This document shows, piece by piece, positions 9,020 to 19,249 of a DNA stretch of 64,000 bases (its first letter is position 1; every line of letters starts with the position of its first letter). A program made the position numbers and the translations under genes. Location of the stretch: NCBI GenBank assembly GCA_025453395.1, contig JALOQK010000002.1:410509-474508 (forward strand), written 5' to 3'. The notes beneath the pieces are model-generated. The model was given only the letters and a program-made list of their open reading frames with translations, made no database searches and had not been told where the DNA came from. This DNA comes from Candidatus Omnitrophota bacterium. GTDB lineage: Bacteria > Omnitrophota > Gorgyraeia > Gygaellales > Profunditerraquicolaceae.

Positions 9020-10567
9020 TTATAAGCTGGCTGATAAACCGATCTTGCCCTGCTCAATATCAACCTTAATTACTTTGACTTGAATCTTATCTTGAGGCTT
9101 CAAGGCGGCTGCTTTTTCCTTATCAATTTCACTGGAATAAACAAGCCCCTCAATATCCTCGTCCATCTTTACAAATACCCCAAAATCAGTGACACTTACC
9201 ACTTCAGCCTCTAAAACAGTATCCAACGGGTATTTGCTGGCTATCTGGCTCCAGGGATTTTCCTGAAGCTGTTTTATGCCTAAGGAGATCCTTCTGTTCT
9301 GGCTGTCCACAGAAATAATCACCACGTCAACTTTTTGAGCCTTCTTAAACACGTCTTGGGGGTGAGCAATTCTTTTGGTCCAAGACATATCAGAAATATG
9401 GATCATCCCTTCAAGATTGCCATCCAGCTCCACAAAAGCTCCGTATTCGGTAAAGCCCCTTATTTTTCCGCTTACCTTTGAGCCTACCGGATATTTGGTA
9501 TCCGCGTCAAGCCAGGGATTTTGTTCAAGCTGTTTTGTGCTCAAAGATATCCTGCGGGAATCTTTATCAAGGCTAATTACCTGCGCCTCAACCATGTCTC
9601 CAATAGCGAATAATTCCGAAGGATTATTCACTCTCTTAGTCCATGACAATTCAGAGATATGCACCAGGCCTTCTATGCCCTTTTCAAGCTCCAAGAATAC
9701 TCCATAAGGAAGAATGTTCACCACTTTTCCTTTAACCTTGGCGCCTACGGTATATTTATTCTCGATATCCGACCAGGGGTCAGGCAGGCGCTGTTTCAAG
9801 CCTAAAGACACCTTGGAAGATTCTTTATCCATATTAAGCACCATAACTTCTATCTTATCGCCTAACGCGACCACTTCAGAAGGATGGCTTATCTTTGACC
9901 ACGACATATCAGTTATATGCAAAAGCCCGTCTACTCCTCCCAAATCAATAAAGGCGCCAAAATCAGTAATCGCCTTTACTGTGCCGGCGTAGATACTGCC
10001 AATTTTTAGGCCTGTCCAAAGCTTCTCTTTCGCCTCTTCTCTTTCTTTCTGCATTGCTTCCTTGCGTGAAACAATCAGGCTTCTTCTTAAATTGTTGATC
10101 TTTACGATCTTAAACTTAAAGGTCTCGCCCAAAATATCCTTATCTGCCATGCCTTTAAAAGCAGACAAAGATGCCGGCAAGAAGCCTTCTATGCCGGTGA
10201 CATCCACAATAAAACCGCCTTTGACTTTCTTAACCGGCCGGCCATCTACCAAGTCGCCTTCCTGTGAATGTTTGATTACCTTGTCCCATCCATGTATGCG
10301 CATTGCCTTTTGGCGGGAAAGCACCAATACTCCCTTATCATCCTCAATTGACTCAACTAAGAAATCAAGCTCCGCTCCGACGCTTAATTCACTATGGTTA
10401 AATTCAATTATCGGGAGGATCCCTTCAGATTTAAAACCGATATCCACAACCGCTTCTTTTTGGGTAAAAGAAATTATCTTGCCTTTAACAATCTCGCCCT
10501 CTTTTACTATTTTTATGCTTTGATTGTACAACTCTTCCATTTCGCTTAATTTGCGCTGTTCTGCCAT
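9020..10567 (-). CDS. rpsA: 30S ribosomal protein S1
   Basis: Repeated S1 domains (TDFGAFIDLGGVDGLLHITDMSW etc.); AAGGAG SD. Confidence 0.95.
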   Translation of the reverse strand: MAEQRKLSEMEELYNQSIKIVKEGEIVKGKIISFTQKEAVVDIGFKSEGILPIIEFNHSELSVGAELDFLVESIEDDKGVLVLSRQKAMRIHGWDKVIKHSQEGDLVDGRPVKKVKGGFIVDVTGIEGFLPASLSAFKGMADKDILGETFKFKIVKINNLRRSLIVSRKEAMQKEREEAKEKLWTGLKIGSIYAGTVKAITDFGAFIDLGGVDGLLHITDMSWSKISHPSEVVALGDKIEVMVLNMDKESSKVSLGLKQRLPDPWSDIENKYTVGAKVKGKVVNILPYGVFLELEKGIEGLVHISELSWTKRVNNPSELFAIGDMVEAQVISLDKDSRRISLSTKQLEQNPWLDADTKYPVGSKVSGKIRGFTEYGAFVELDGNLEGMIHISDMSWTKRIAHPQDVFKKAQKVDVVIISVDSQNRRISLGIKQLQENPWSQIASKYPLDTVLEAEVVSVTDFGVFVKMDEDIEGLVYSSEIDKEKAAALKPQDKIQVKVIKVDIEQGKIGLSASL

Positions 10568-10700
10568 TTTAAAACTCCTTTTAAAATATCTTTTTTTTGT
10601 GTTTTATAGTTAACCCTTTAAAGCAAAGACGAAACACCTCCTTTGCCAAAAGATTTTACAGAATTTGCTGCTACTGAGAAATACAGGAAGGACTCACTTC

Positions 10701-11324
10701 TTATTTTATGCATGAAAGATGCCTTATATGTTCCATAAGCAAACTTGCGATCTGCTCGTAAGGCATCCCCCTTTCTATATGAATTTGCTTACCGAAATGT
10801 ATGCTTACTTTTCTATTAAAATCCATCTTAGCCCCTTTGGCCCAAGCACTGCCTGATCCTTCTATATATGCCGGAATTACTTTAGCATTGGATTTACTAG
10901 CTATAAAACCTACTCCCCCTAAAGCCTTTCCAAAAGTTCCCTCTGCCTGACGGGTTGCTTCCGGAAAAAGGCCTAAAGTTTTCTTTTGGCTTAATATGCG
11001 CAAGGCGCTTTTTAACGCCTTGATATCCGCGGAATTACGCTCCAGAGGCTGGACCTCCAGAGCGCGCAGGATCAAAGCAAATATTTTATTCTCAAATAAG
11101 GTATCGCGCGCTAAAAAATAAACCTTCTTGCCGGCGCCCACGCCTAAAATCAAAGGGTCAAGATAGCTTCTATGATTACAAGCCAAGATCACCGGGCCAG
11201 TTTTAGGAATATTCTCTCTGCCGTAAATCTTCAAGCCAAAACATAATTTCAGGAAGACAAAACACAAGAAGGCGCAAAAATGATAGAAAAGATCAATAAA
11301 ATATTGCCTTATATTAGAGGCCAC
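10701..11324 (-). CDS. plsC: 1-acyl-sn-glycerol-3-phosphate acyltransferase
   Basis: NHRSYLD (HX4D) and FPEATR motifs. Confidence 0.85.
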   Translation of the reverse strand: MASNIRQYFIDLFYHFCAFLCFVFLKLCFGLKIYGRENIPKTGPVILACNHRSYLDPLILGVGAGKKVYFLARDTLFENKIFALILRALEVQPLERNSADIKALKSALRILSQKKTLGLFPEATRQAEGTFGKALGGVGFIASKSNAKVIPAYIEGSGSAWAKGAKMDFNRKVSIHFGKQIHIERGMPYEQIASLLMEHIRHLSCIK

Positions 11325-12699
11325 TTATAATGTCCCTGCCTAAAGAAAGAAGTTTTTTCGCCCGGGATAGATCCTTTGCCTCCGCGTAAAGCCGCATAAT
11401 CGGCTCTGTGCCAGAGCCCCTGAACATCAACCAGCTTTGATCCTCGCAGATAAGCTTAACTCCGTCGCTGTCATTTACGGAAATGACCTTTTTGCCTAAA
11501 AGCTCTTTGGGCAGGCTTTCCTTTGCCGGATGCACGCGTTTCTCAAGATGCAAATCATCTCTTACATAAAAATACTTTCCGAACTGCTTCTCCATATCAT
11601 TCAATATTTTAAGTATATTTTTGTTTCTATAAACCATCATCTCAAGCAATAACAACCCCGCCATAGTCCCGTCGCGTTCCGGGATGTAATTTTTTACCCC
11701 CATACCGCCTGCCTCTTCGCCGCCGGCGACTATATCCTGCGTTTCCATAAGATGCGATATATATTTAAATCCCACGGGAGTTTCATAAATTTTTATCCCT
11801 AAGAATTTGGCGATATTATCCATCATCATCGTACCGCAGACGGTCTTAACCATGCCTCCGGACATTTTTCTATCCTGATTAAGATGCAGGGTCAGAAGCC
11901 CTAATATTTTCTGGGGATGAATAAATACCCCGCCCGGGGCGACACAGGCTATCCTATCGGCGTCGCCATCCAAGGCAATACCCAAATCAAACTTGCCCTT
12001 TTTAACCGCCTCTTTTAAAGCCGATAAATTTTCCTCAACCGGTTCAGGGCGGCTTCCGCCAAATGAGGGGTTAATGGTATTTCTTAAAAATTCTAACTTT
12101 ATCTTAGAGCCTTTGAGAACCTCTCCTATAAGGCTGTCACCCGAACCATGCATAGCATCAACCAAAACCTTAAATTTTTTATTCTTGATCTTCTTAAGAT
12201 CAATATAACCTCGCAAGAATTTAATATAAGCCCTGGTCAAATCCTCTACTTTAATCTTATCAAATAAATTTGGGTCCTCTTTAACCGGATTCCTGCCGAT
12301 AAAAGATTCCACTTCTTTGGTAACTTCAACATCTGCGGCCCCGCCTTTAGCGTTTTTAATTTTAAATCCATTATAGGAATACGGGTTGTGCGAAGCAGTG
12401 ATCATTATCCCCAAATCAAACTTTCGGGTTTTTACAGTAAAACTTAAAGTTGGAGTAGGAATAGGGCGGTCAGAAAGCAGCACTTCCATGCCGTTTGCGA
12501 CAAAAACCTGCGCGCAACATCTGGCAAATTCAGCGGACATAAAACGGGTATCGTATCCGATAGCTATTTTTCTGGGCGAGCCTAAATAATCACAGACTGC
12601 CTGTGAGAGCTTCTTTAAATTCTCAAAAGTGTAATCCTTGGCGATTATCGCCCTCCATCCATCGGTGCCGAACTTAATAGGAGTATTATTATCCTGCAT
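11314..12699 (-). CDS. phosphoglucomutase/phosphomannomutase family protein
   Basis: FGTDGWR, ITASHNP, DGDADR, GEEAG, RGSGTEP. Confidence 0.92.
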   Translation of the reverse strand: MQDNNTPIKFGTDGWRAIIAKDYTFENLKKLSQAVCDYLGSPRKIAIGYDTRFMSAEFARCCAQVFVANGMEVLLSDRPIPTPTLSFTVKTRKFDLGIMITASHNPYSYNGFKIKNAKGGAADVEVTKEVESFIGRNPVKEDPNLFDKIKVEDLTRAYIKFLRGYIDLKKIKNKKFKVLVDAMHGSGDSLIGEVLKGSKIKLEFLRNTINPSFGGSRPEPVEENLSALKEAVKKGKFDLGIALDGDADRIACVAPGGVFIHPQKILGLLTLHLNQDRKMSGGMVKTVCGTMMMDNIAKFLGIKIYETPVGFKYISHLMETQDIVAGGEEAGGMGVKNYIPERDGTMAGLLLLEMMVYRNKNILKILNDMEKQFGKYFYVRDDLHLEKRVHPAKESLPKELLGKKVISVNDSDGVKLICEDQSWLMFRGSGTEPIMRLYAEAKDLSRAKKLLSLGRDIISGL

Positions 12700-13336
12700 T
12701 TCTTATCCTTTCTATAGCCTGTTTTGTATCAGCGGCATTAAAAATATATGAACCTGCGGCTAAGATATTCGCTCCTGCCTGTATAACAAGTTTCGCGGTC
12801 TGTTCGTTTATGCCCCCGTCAACAGCAATGTCCTGATCAAAGATTTCGCGCAAGGCGGCGATCTTAGGAACTGCCTGCGCGATAAAAGCCTGCCCGCCAA
12901 AACCCGGATTTACCGACATCACCAGCACAGAGTCCACAAAACCTAAAATCGGCTTGATCCTCTTTAAGGGCGTTGCCGGATTAAGAGAAACCCCGCATTT
13001 AATATTATTTGCCCTTAAAATACGGCTTATCTTTTTTATCCCCGAAGCAGATACCGTCTCAATATGCACGGTAATCATATCACTGCCGGCTTCCATAAAA
13101 GATTTTAAGAAAAACACTGGCCGCTCAATCATCAAATGCACATCAAGCGGCAATTTAGTCACTTTTCGCAATGACTTTACGACTTGCGGGCCAATGGTAA
13201 TATTAGGGACAAAATGGCCGTCCATAATATCTACATGGACCAGATCCGCTCCGGCAGCTTCAACCTTTTTTAATTCATCAGCTAAGCGGCTGAAATCCGC
13301 CGATAGTATTGAGGGGGCTATTTTAATTTTTCTCAT
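12689..13336 (-). CDS. rpe: ribulose-phosphate 3-epimerase
   Basis: IAPSILSADF, HVDIMDGHFVPN, MSVNPGFGGQ, VDGG. Confidence 0.96.
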   Translation of the reverse strand: MRKIKIAPSILSADFSRLADELKKVEAAGADLVHVDIMDGHFVPNITIGPQVVKSLRKVTKLPLDVHLMIERPVFFLKSFMEAGSDMITVHIETVSASGIKKISRILRANNIKCGVSLNPATPLKRIKPILGFVDSVLVMSVNPGFGGQAFIAQAVPKIAALREIFDQDIAVDGGINEQTAKLVIQAGANILAAGSYIFNAADTKQAIERIRNAG

Positions 13337-13899
13337 GAATATATTTTATTGGCCTTAATATAATCAAAAACCTGTTCCGGGACAAGATAACGGAAAGATT
13401 TTCCCTTACGGATGCAATCCCTTACTTCAAAAGCTGAAATATCAACTGATCTTATCGGCACAGTCCTTATATAATCCGGTATCTTCTCTAAAGGATACCC
13501 GGGACGGGTAGCAACCACAAACTTAACCATCCGGATAATATCTGACAGGTCTTTCCACTCATCCAGGTATTTTAAAAGATCCGATCCGGTAATAAAATAA
13601 AACCTATCCGAGCTGCAGCTTGCCATAAAATGCCTTATTGTATCAATGGTATAAGAAATACCTTTTTTCTTGATCTCAAAATCCGACACAGAAAAATGCT
13701 TATTCCCTTTTATCGCCAGCTTAAGCATTTGATACCTATGGAAAGCTGAGACAATGCCTTTCTTTTTCTTATGCGCCGGCAAATACGCCGGGACAAATAT
13801 AATCTTATCAAGCCCAAGCTTCTCGCGCGCCTCTTCCGCTAAAATTAAATGGCCCAAATGCACCGGGTTAAAAGTCCCGCCTAAGATACCTATACGCAT
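13333..13899 (-). CDS. nadD: nicotinate-nucleotide adenylyltransferase
   Basis: GGTFNPVHLGH, SYTIDT, GSD, ISA. Confidence 0.94.
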   Translation of the reverse strand: MRIGILGGTFNPVHLGHLILAEEAREKLGLDKIIFVPAYLPAHKKKKGIVSAFHRYQMLKLAIKGNKHFSVSDFEIKKKGISYTIDTIRHFMASCSSDRFYFITGSDLLKYLDEWKDLSDIIRMVKFVVATRPGYPLEKIPDYIRTVPIRSVDISAFEVRDCIRKGKSFRYLVPEQVFDYIKANKIYS

Positions 13900-13904
13900 A
13901 ATAG

Positions 13905-14104
13905 AAATTGAAAGTTTAAAATGAAAAATGCAAAATTAAAAACAAAAAATCAGAAAAAAGAACCTCAAATTAAAAAACACTAAACTCAAAGGAGTTAATC
14001 AATTTAATAACACGCAAAAAGCTGGTTTACTTCTAACTACTATATTCTCTTGTTTTTAATGCTTTTATTCTGAATTTTTAATTTTGATTTCTTAATTTTT
14101 AATT
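13905..14104. repeat. degenerate heptamer-periodic inverted array (A-rich arm / T-rich arm)
   Basis: AAATTGA AAGTTTA AAATGAA AAATGCA AAATTAA... and ...TTCTGAA TTTTTAA TTTTGAT TTCTTAA TTTTTAA; fills the proA-nadD gap. Confidence 0.6.
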
Positions 14105-15361
14105 TCTTATTTGTCCGTTGCCATAAACCTGGTACTTATAGGAAGTCAATTCTTCCAGGGCCATGGGGCCGCGGGCGTGTATCTTATCGGTAGAAATGCC
14201 AATTTCCGCGCCCATGCCAAATTGATAACCGTCGGTAAAACGCGTAGAGGCATTAACATATACGCAGGCAGAATCAACTTCTTTCAAGAAAACTTCAGAA
14301 TTATTGTAATTATCGGTGATTATCGCATCCGAATGCCCGGAACCATAATGATTGATATGCTGTATGGCATCATAAAGGCTATCCACTACTTTTACTGACA
14401 AAATAAGCCCCAGGTATTCCGTATGGTAATCTTTATCTGTTGCTGATTTAACCTTAAGGTTACGCGCGATCCTGCGGGTTAGCGCGCATCCGCGGATCTG
14501 GACGCCGGCGTCAATTAATCTTTTAGCCATCCCCGGGATAAACCTTGCCGCCGCATCGCGATGCACAAGCATCGTCTCCATGGCATTGCAAACTCCCGGG
14601 CGCTGGACCTTGGCGTTAAAACAAATACTCTCTGCCATATTCAAATCTGCCTCTTCATCAACATAGACATGACAGATGCCCTTATAATGCTTAATAACCG
14701 GAATACGCGAAGTCTCTACTACTTTTTTGATCAGGCTTTCTCCTCCGCGCGGGATCACTAAATCAATCTGCCCGGCCGCTTTAAGAAGAATGTCCACTGC
14801 CCTTCTATCCGTAGTATCAACCATATTAACGCAGGAGGCCGGCAAATTGTGTTTTTCCAATGCGCGTTTCAGGCTTTTAAGAATCGCCGCGTTAGAACAA
14901 AAGGATTCGCTGCCGCCGCGCAAAATAACCGCGTTGCCGGATTTAAAACAAAGCCCCGCGCAATCAGAAGTAACATTAGGGCGGGATTCATAAATGATAA
15001 AAATAACCCCGATTGGGACACGCACCTTTTCTATCTTCAAACCATTGGGCCTATTTTCTGTCTTTAATACCTGGCCCACCGGGTCATCTAATTTTATCAG
15101 GGCTTCTAAGGAATCAACCATCTGGGCTATTCTTTTTTCATTTAAAGTCAAACGGTCAACCAAAGATGCCGGCATTTTCTTTTTAATCGCCATAGACATA
15201 TCTTTGGCGTTAGCAGATAAAATTAAATTCGTATCCTGCCTAAGGCAATCCGCCATATCTTTGAGCACACTATTCTTTTCTTCCGAGCTTAAAACCCCAA
15301 GCTTGCTTGAGGCCTGGCGCGAAAGTTTTAGCATTTGCTCGATCTTTTTATGCAAACTCAT
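14099..15361 (-). CDS. proA: gamma-glutamyl phosphate reductase
   Basis: IYESRPNVT, GVCNAMET, NASTRFTDG, HARGPM. Confidence 0.96.
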   Translation of the reverse strand: MSLHKKIEQMLKLSRQASSKLGVLSSEEKNSVLKDMADCLRQDTNLILSANAKDMSMAIKKKMPASLVDRLTLNEKRIAQMVDSLEALIKLDDPVGQVLKTENRPNGLKIEKVRVPIGVIFIIYESRPNVTSDCAGLCFKSGNAVILRGGSESFCSNAAILKSLKRALEKHNLPASCVNMVDTTDRRAVDILLKAAGQIDLVIPRGGESLIKKVVETSRIPVIKHYKGICHVYVDEEADLNMAESICFNAKVQRPGVCNAMETMLVHRDAAARFIPGMAKRLIDAGVQIRGCALTRRIARNLKVKSATDKDYHTEYLGLILSVKVVDSLYDAIQHINHYGSGHSDAIITDNYNNSEVFLKEVDSACVYVNASTRFTDGYQFGMGAEIGISTDKIHARGPMALEELTSYKYQVYGNGQIRN

Positions 15362-16431
15362 TTTTCCCCTTGGGTAATAACCAGATTATCCCGATGGACC
15401 ACTTCACGGTTAAAACGCTTGCCCTTTACCTGGCATAAATCAATTGAAGAAACAGATGTCTTCCCTTTCGCAAGTTGTCCGCCTGCGCTGTCCATGATAG
15501 AAACAATATCATCCGGCTTGAAATCTCCCGCGCAAGATAAAACACCTACCGCAAGAAGGCTTTTATTATTTAAAAGCGCCTGTTTTGCCCCGTCATCAAC
15601 AATAATCTTTCCTTGCGGCTTGGCGCTAAAGGCAAGCCAATGTTTTCTTGCGGCAAAAAAATCTTTTTTAGGCGCGAAGAATGTCCCTTGGGCTTTTAAG
15701 GCATTCAAAATAGAATCATTCTTCCTGCCGTTAGTGATAACACACGGTATCCCTGAATCCACGCAGATACCCGCCGCATCAAGCTTAGTGACCATACCTC
15801 CAACACAGCGGGATTTATTCGTAGGACAAGCCAACGCGCGCACAGAAGGCGTAATTTCTTCTACTAAACCAACTACCGTCTTTTTATCTTTATCTAACAA
15901 GCCGTCCACGTCAGAAAGAATGACTAACAGGTCTGCCCCGACTAATCCGGCGACCAAGCTGGATAAGCGGTCATTATCGCCAAATTTAATTTCATCGGTT
16001 GCCACAGTGTCATTTTCATTAATAACCGGCACAACCCCTAATTTTAGCAAGCTTAAAAGGGTATTCTTGGCATTCAGATAACGTTCACGCTGGCTAACAT
16101 CATCCCAGGTAAGAAGCACCTGCGCGCAAACAAGCGAGTATTTCTTGAAATACTGGCTATAAAAATTCATCAGCTTATTCTGACCTATGGCAGCGCAGGC
16201 TTGTAAAATATGCAACTGTCTTGGACGGCTATCAAGCTTTAGCACTCCCATACCCATGGCAATAGCTCCAGAAGAAACAATAATAACTTCTTTTTTATCT
16301 TTTAAAAGCTCAGCTACTTGACGCGAGACAGCATGGATCCGCGCAACATCAAGCTTATTATCCTTAGAATACATAAGGCTTGAGCCGATTTTTACTACAA
16401 TGCGCTTATAATTGCTTTGAGATTGCTTCAA
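15358..16431 (-). CDS. proB: glutamate 5-kinase
   Basis: IVVKIGSS, VSSGAI, INENDTV, FGDND, GGMVTKL, PUA domain; TTG start after GGAGGAG inferred. Confidence 0.94.
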   Translation of the reverse strand: MKQSQSNYKRIVVKIGSSLMYSKDNKLDVARIHAVSRQVAELLKDKKEVIIVSSGAIAMGMGVLKLDSRPRQLHILQACAAIGQNKLMNFYSQYFKKYSLVCAQVLLTWDDVSQRERYLNAKNTLLSLLKLGVVPVINENDTVATDEIKFGDNDRLSSLVAGLVGADLLVILSDVDGLLDKDKKTVVGLVEEITPSVRALACPTNKSRCVGGMVTKLDAAGICVDSGIPCVITNGRKNDSILNALKAQGTFFAPKKDFFAARKHWLAFSAKPQGKIIVDDGAKQALLNNKSLLAVGVLSCAGDFKPDDIVSIMDSAGGQLAKGKTSVSSIDLCQVKGKRFNREVVHRDNLVITQGEK

Positions 16432-17359
16432 GAAACTCCTCCAGGCCATCTTTTTGTAAAGCTGAAATAGGATAAACTTTCTTCTTCAGCTTCTTTTTAA
16501 AAGACGCTAAATTCTCACGCGAAGATGGCAAATCCATTTTGTTGGCAACAACAATCTGCGGTTTTTTACCTAACTGCTTGTTATAGCTTTTTAATTCCGC
16601 GTTTATAATCTTATAATCGTCTAACGGATCGCGGCCCTCAACGCCTGACATATCTATTATATGCACCAATATCCGGGTGCGCTCTACATGCCTTAAGAAT
16701 TGGTCTCCCAGGCCCCTGCCCTCTGAAGAGCCCTGGATCAAACCCGGAATATCCGCAACAATAAAATTTTTATCCTTAAAATTAACCACCCCTAAAACAG
16801 GCGACTTAGTTGTGAAGTGATACGCCCCGATCTTGGAATTTGCCCGGGAAATAGCGCAAATAAGAGTAGATTTACCGGCGTTGGGAAAACCTACCAGGCC
16901 TACATCAGCGATTAACTTTAATTCTAAAGTCAGTTCCCGGCTTTGAGTTATTTCTCCGGGGCTGGCTTCATGCCTGTGATGATTGCCTAAACCGCCTTTG
17001 CCGCCTTTGGCAACAATTAAATCCTGGTTTGGCAGGCTTAAATCGCGCAAAACCAAGCCTGTATTAGCATCCTTAACCACTGTGCCAACAGGCACACGGA
17101 TAATTACCGGCGCGGCATCCCTGCCCCTCTTGTCATTTCCAGAGCCATGCTGGCCATGGGCCCCTATAAATTGCCTTTTATATTTAAAATCAAGCAGGGT
17201 CTGCAGGTTTCTATCGGTGCGGATAATTATGTCCGCGCCATTACCGCCGCCGCCTCCGTCGGGAACCCCTTCGCGGGTGTATTTATCGCGGTAGATACTA
17301 TTACAGCCTCTTCCGCCGTCACCGGCTTTAACCTGAATTTTAACGCTATCAACAAACAT
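16406..17359 (-). CDS. obgE: Obg GTPase
   Basis: Gly-rich Obg fold, GFPNAGKST, DIPG, NKMD. Confidence 0.95.
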   Translation of the reverse strand: MFVDSVKIQVKAGDGGRGCNSIYRDKYTREGVPDGGGGGNGADIIIRTDRNLQTLLDFKYKRQFIGAHGQHGSGNDKRGRDAAPVIIRVPVGTVVKDANTGLVLRDLSLPNQDLIVAKGGKGGLGNHHRHEASPGEITQSRELTLELKLIADVGLVGFPNAGKSTLICAISRANSKIGAYHFTTKSPVLGVVNFKDKNFIVADIPGLIQGSSEGRGLGDQFLRHVERTRILVHIIDMSGVEGRDPLDDYKIINAELKSYNKQLGKKPQIVVANKMDLPSSRENLASFKKKLKKKVYPISALQKDGLEEFLEAISKQL

Positions 17360-17368
17360 CGTCTTTTC

Positions 17369-17680
17369 TTACGCTTTGATCTCTTCTACTTCAATAAGAG
17401 ACAGCTTCTGACGATGAGCTTTTTTCCAATGCGAAGATTTTCTGCGGCGGTATTTAAAAGATATCGCCTTGTCGGTTTTGACCTCTTTTAAAACTTTCGC
17501 TTTAACCGTTGCCCCTTTGACATAAGGAGTCCCAACCTCAATTTTATCCTCGTTTGACAATAAAAGGACCTTGTCTAAGCTATAAACCTGACCTGAAGCA
17601 ACCCCCTGCCTTTCCACTTCAAGGGTATCGCCTTTTTTCACCAAGTATTGTTTTGAGCCAACTTCAATAACAGCATACAT
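17369..17680 (-). CDS. rplU: 50S ribosomal protein L21
   Basis: MYAVIEVGSKQYLV...FKYRRRK...HRQ. Confidence 0.95.
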   Translation of the reverse strand: MYAVIEVGSKQYLVKKGDTLEVERQGVASGQVYSLDKVLLLSNEDKIEVGTPYVKGATVKAKVLKEVKTDKAISFKYRRRKSSHWKKAHRQKLSLIEVEEIKA

Positions 17681-17761
17681 TTGCGTACTCTCCTTTATTT
17701 AAGTTAAATAAGGTTAAATGAAGTTACAAATACCCCTCGAGATTAGATATTGAAACAAGAT

Positions 17762-17790
17762 ATTATATATTATAGCGGGCTTCGGGTCAA
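17762..17790 (-). promoter_or_regulatory. sigma70-type promoter of rplU-obg
   Basis: TTGACC-17bp-TATAAT. Confidence 0.6.
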
Positions 17791-19235
17791 GAGGAAATCT
17801 TGGTATCTTCTAAGTGCAAGGAGGGATTAGAAACAAGGTTAATCTTAACATGGAACTTCTTTTCTAAGAAACGCACGTCTTCACGATTCTTTAAAAGCTC
17901 GTTGGTAACCTCCGGGTTAAGCGCCAAATCCACTTCTTTGACATCTTTTGTATTAGCAAGATAACGCCTAAGCTCTTTTAAGGCGTAGATAGAGGTGGTT
18001 GGAGCGGATTTAATCTTGCCCCTGCCTTTACAGTAAGGGCAGGCCTGAAAAGACAAAGCTTGAGCGGTATTATGCACCCTCTCGCGGGTCATTTCCACCA
18101 CCCCGAATTTAGATATCCCTAAAATATCATATTTAGCGCGGTCACCGCTTAAAGCGTTTTTTAAAGCCACAAGCACTTTTCTTCTGTGGTCTTCCTTTTC
18201 CATATCAATGAAATCAATGACAATAATGCCTCCTAAATCCCTTAAACGCAGCTGCCTGGCAACTTCCACGGCCGCGTCGCAATTAACCCTAAAGGCAGTC
18301 TCTTCCTGGCCGATATTCTTTGTAAACCCGCCGGAATTAACATCAATAACTACCAAGCCCTCTGTGGGCTCAATAATAAGATAGGCCTTAGATTTAAGGT
18401 AAACCCTGGATTCAAATATGCGGTTGATCTGCCGCTCTACATCTTTTTCTCCGAATAAATCCTGATTTTTATACAGATGGACCTTGCGGATAAGATAGCT
18501 CATGAAAGTCTTCATAAAGCGGATTATCCTGAAGAATTCCGGCTTAGAATCCACAATAAGCGAAGAGACATCATCAGTGAACGAATCCCTGATGGCCCGA
18601 AAAACCAGATCATACTCCTCGTAAACTAAAGACGGGGCTTTTTGAGAATTAATAATTTTCTCAATCCTGGACCAAAGCTTTAAAAGAAACTGCGCGTCGC
18701 GGGCTAATTCCTGCTTGGATTTGCCAACCGCGGCGGTGCGCACAATAAAACCGACATCTTTGGGTAACTTCTGCTCCTGCAGGATGTCTTTGAGCCTGCG
18801 GCGCTCCTTATCATCTTCAATTCTTCTTGAAATGCCGATCTGCCCTTGGCCAGGCATAAGAACTATGTATCTGCCGGCAATGCCGATATGGCAGGATAAC
18901 CGCGGGCCCTTAGTGCCAAACGACTCTTTAACCACCTGCACTAAGACTTCCTGCCCCTTCTTGATCTGTTTTTGCTGTTTAAAAGAATTGTTATCGGAGA
19001 ATTCAAAGGCCTCGTTTATTTCAGAAAGGTACAAGAATCCTTTTTTAGGTAAACCAATATCCACAAAGGCCGCCCCCACTGCCGGCACAACCGCGTCAAT
19101 AACCCCTTTATAAATATTGCCCACGATAGTCTTATCGCCGGGCCGCTCCATATAATATTCTTCAAGCTGGCCGTCAGCAACAATAGCTACTCTTTTTTCT
19201 CTTGGCTCAACATTAATCAATATTTCTTTTGGCAT
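17787..19235 (-). CDS. rng: Rne/Rng family ribonuclease (RNase G-sized)
   Basis: GNIYKG, S1 domain, IDVNSG, LRLRDLGGIIVIDFIDM, CPYCKGRG. Confidence 0.9.
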   Translation of the reverse strand: MPKEILINVEPREKRVAIVADGQLEEYYMERPGDKTIVGNIYKGVIDAVVPAVGAAFVDIGLPKKGFLYLSEINEAFEFSDNNSFKQQKQIKKGQEVLVQVVKESFGTKGPRLSCHIGIAGRYIVLMPGQGQIGISRRIEDDKERRRLKDILQEQKLPKDVGFIVRTAAVGKSKQELARDAQFLLKLWSRIEKIINSQKAPSLVYEEYDLVFRAIRDSFTDDVSSLIVDSKPEFFRIIRFMKTFMSYLIRKVHLYKNQDLFGEKDVERQINRIFESRVYLKSKAYLIIEPTEGLVVIDVNSGGFTKNIGQEETAFRVNCDAAVEVARQLRLRDLGGIIVIDFIDMEKEDHRRKVLVALKNALSGDRAKYDILGISKFGVVEMTRERVHNTAQALSFQACPYCKGRGKIKSAPTTSIYALKELRRYLANTKDVKEVDLALNPEVTNELLKNREDVRFLEKKFHVKINLVSNPSLHLEDTKISS

Positions 19236-19249
19236 AATTTATTCTTGGC

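Noticed and set aside
15335-16081. 248-aa plus-strand ORF and other long antisense ORFs
   Set aside because: Antisense shadows of well-supported genes (proB, pilQ, dnaK etc.) with no motifs
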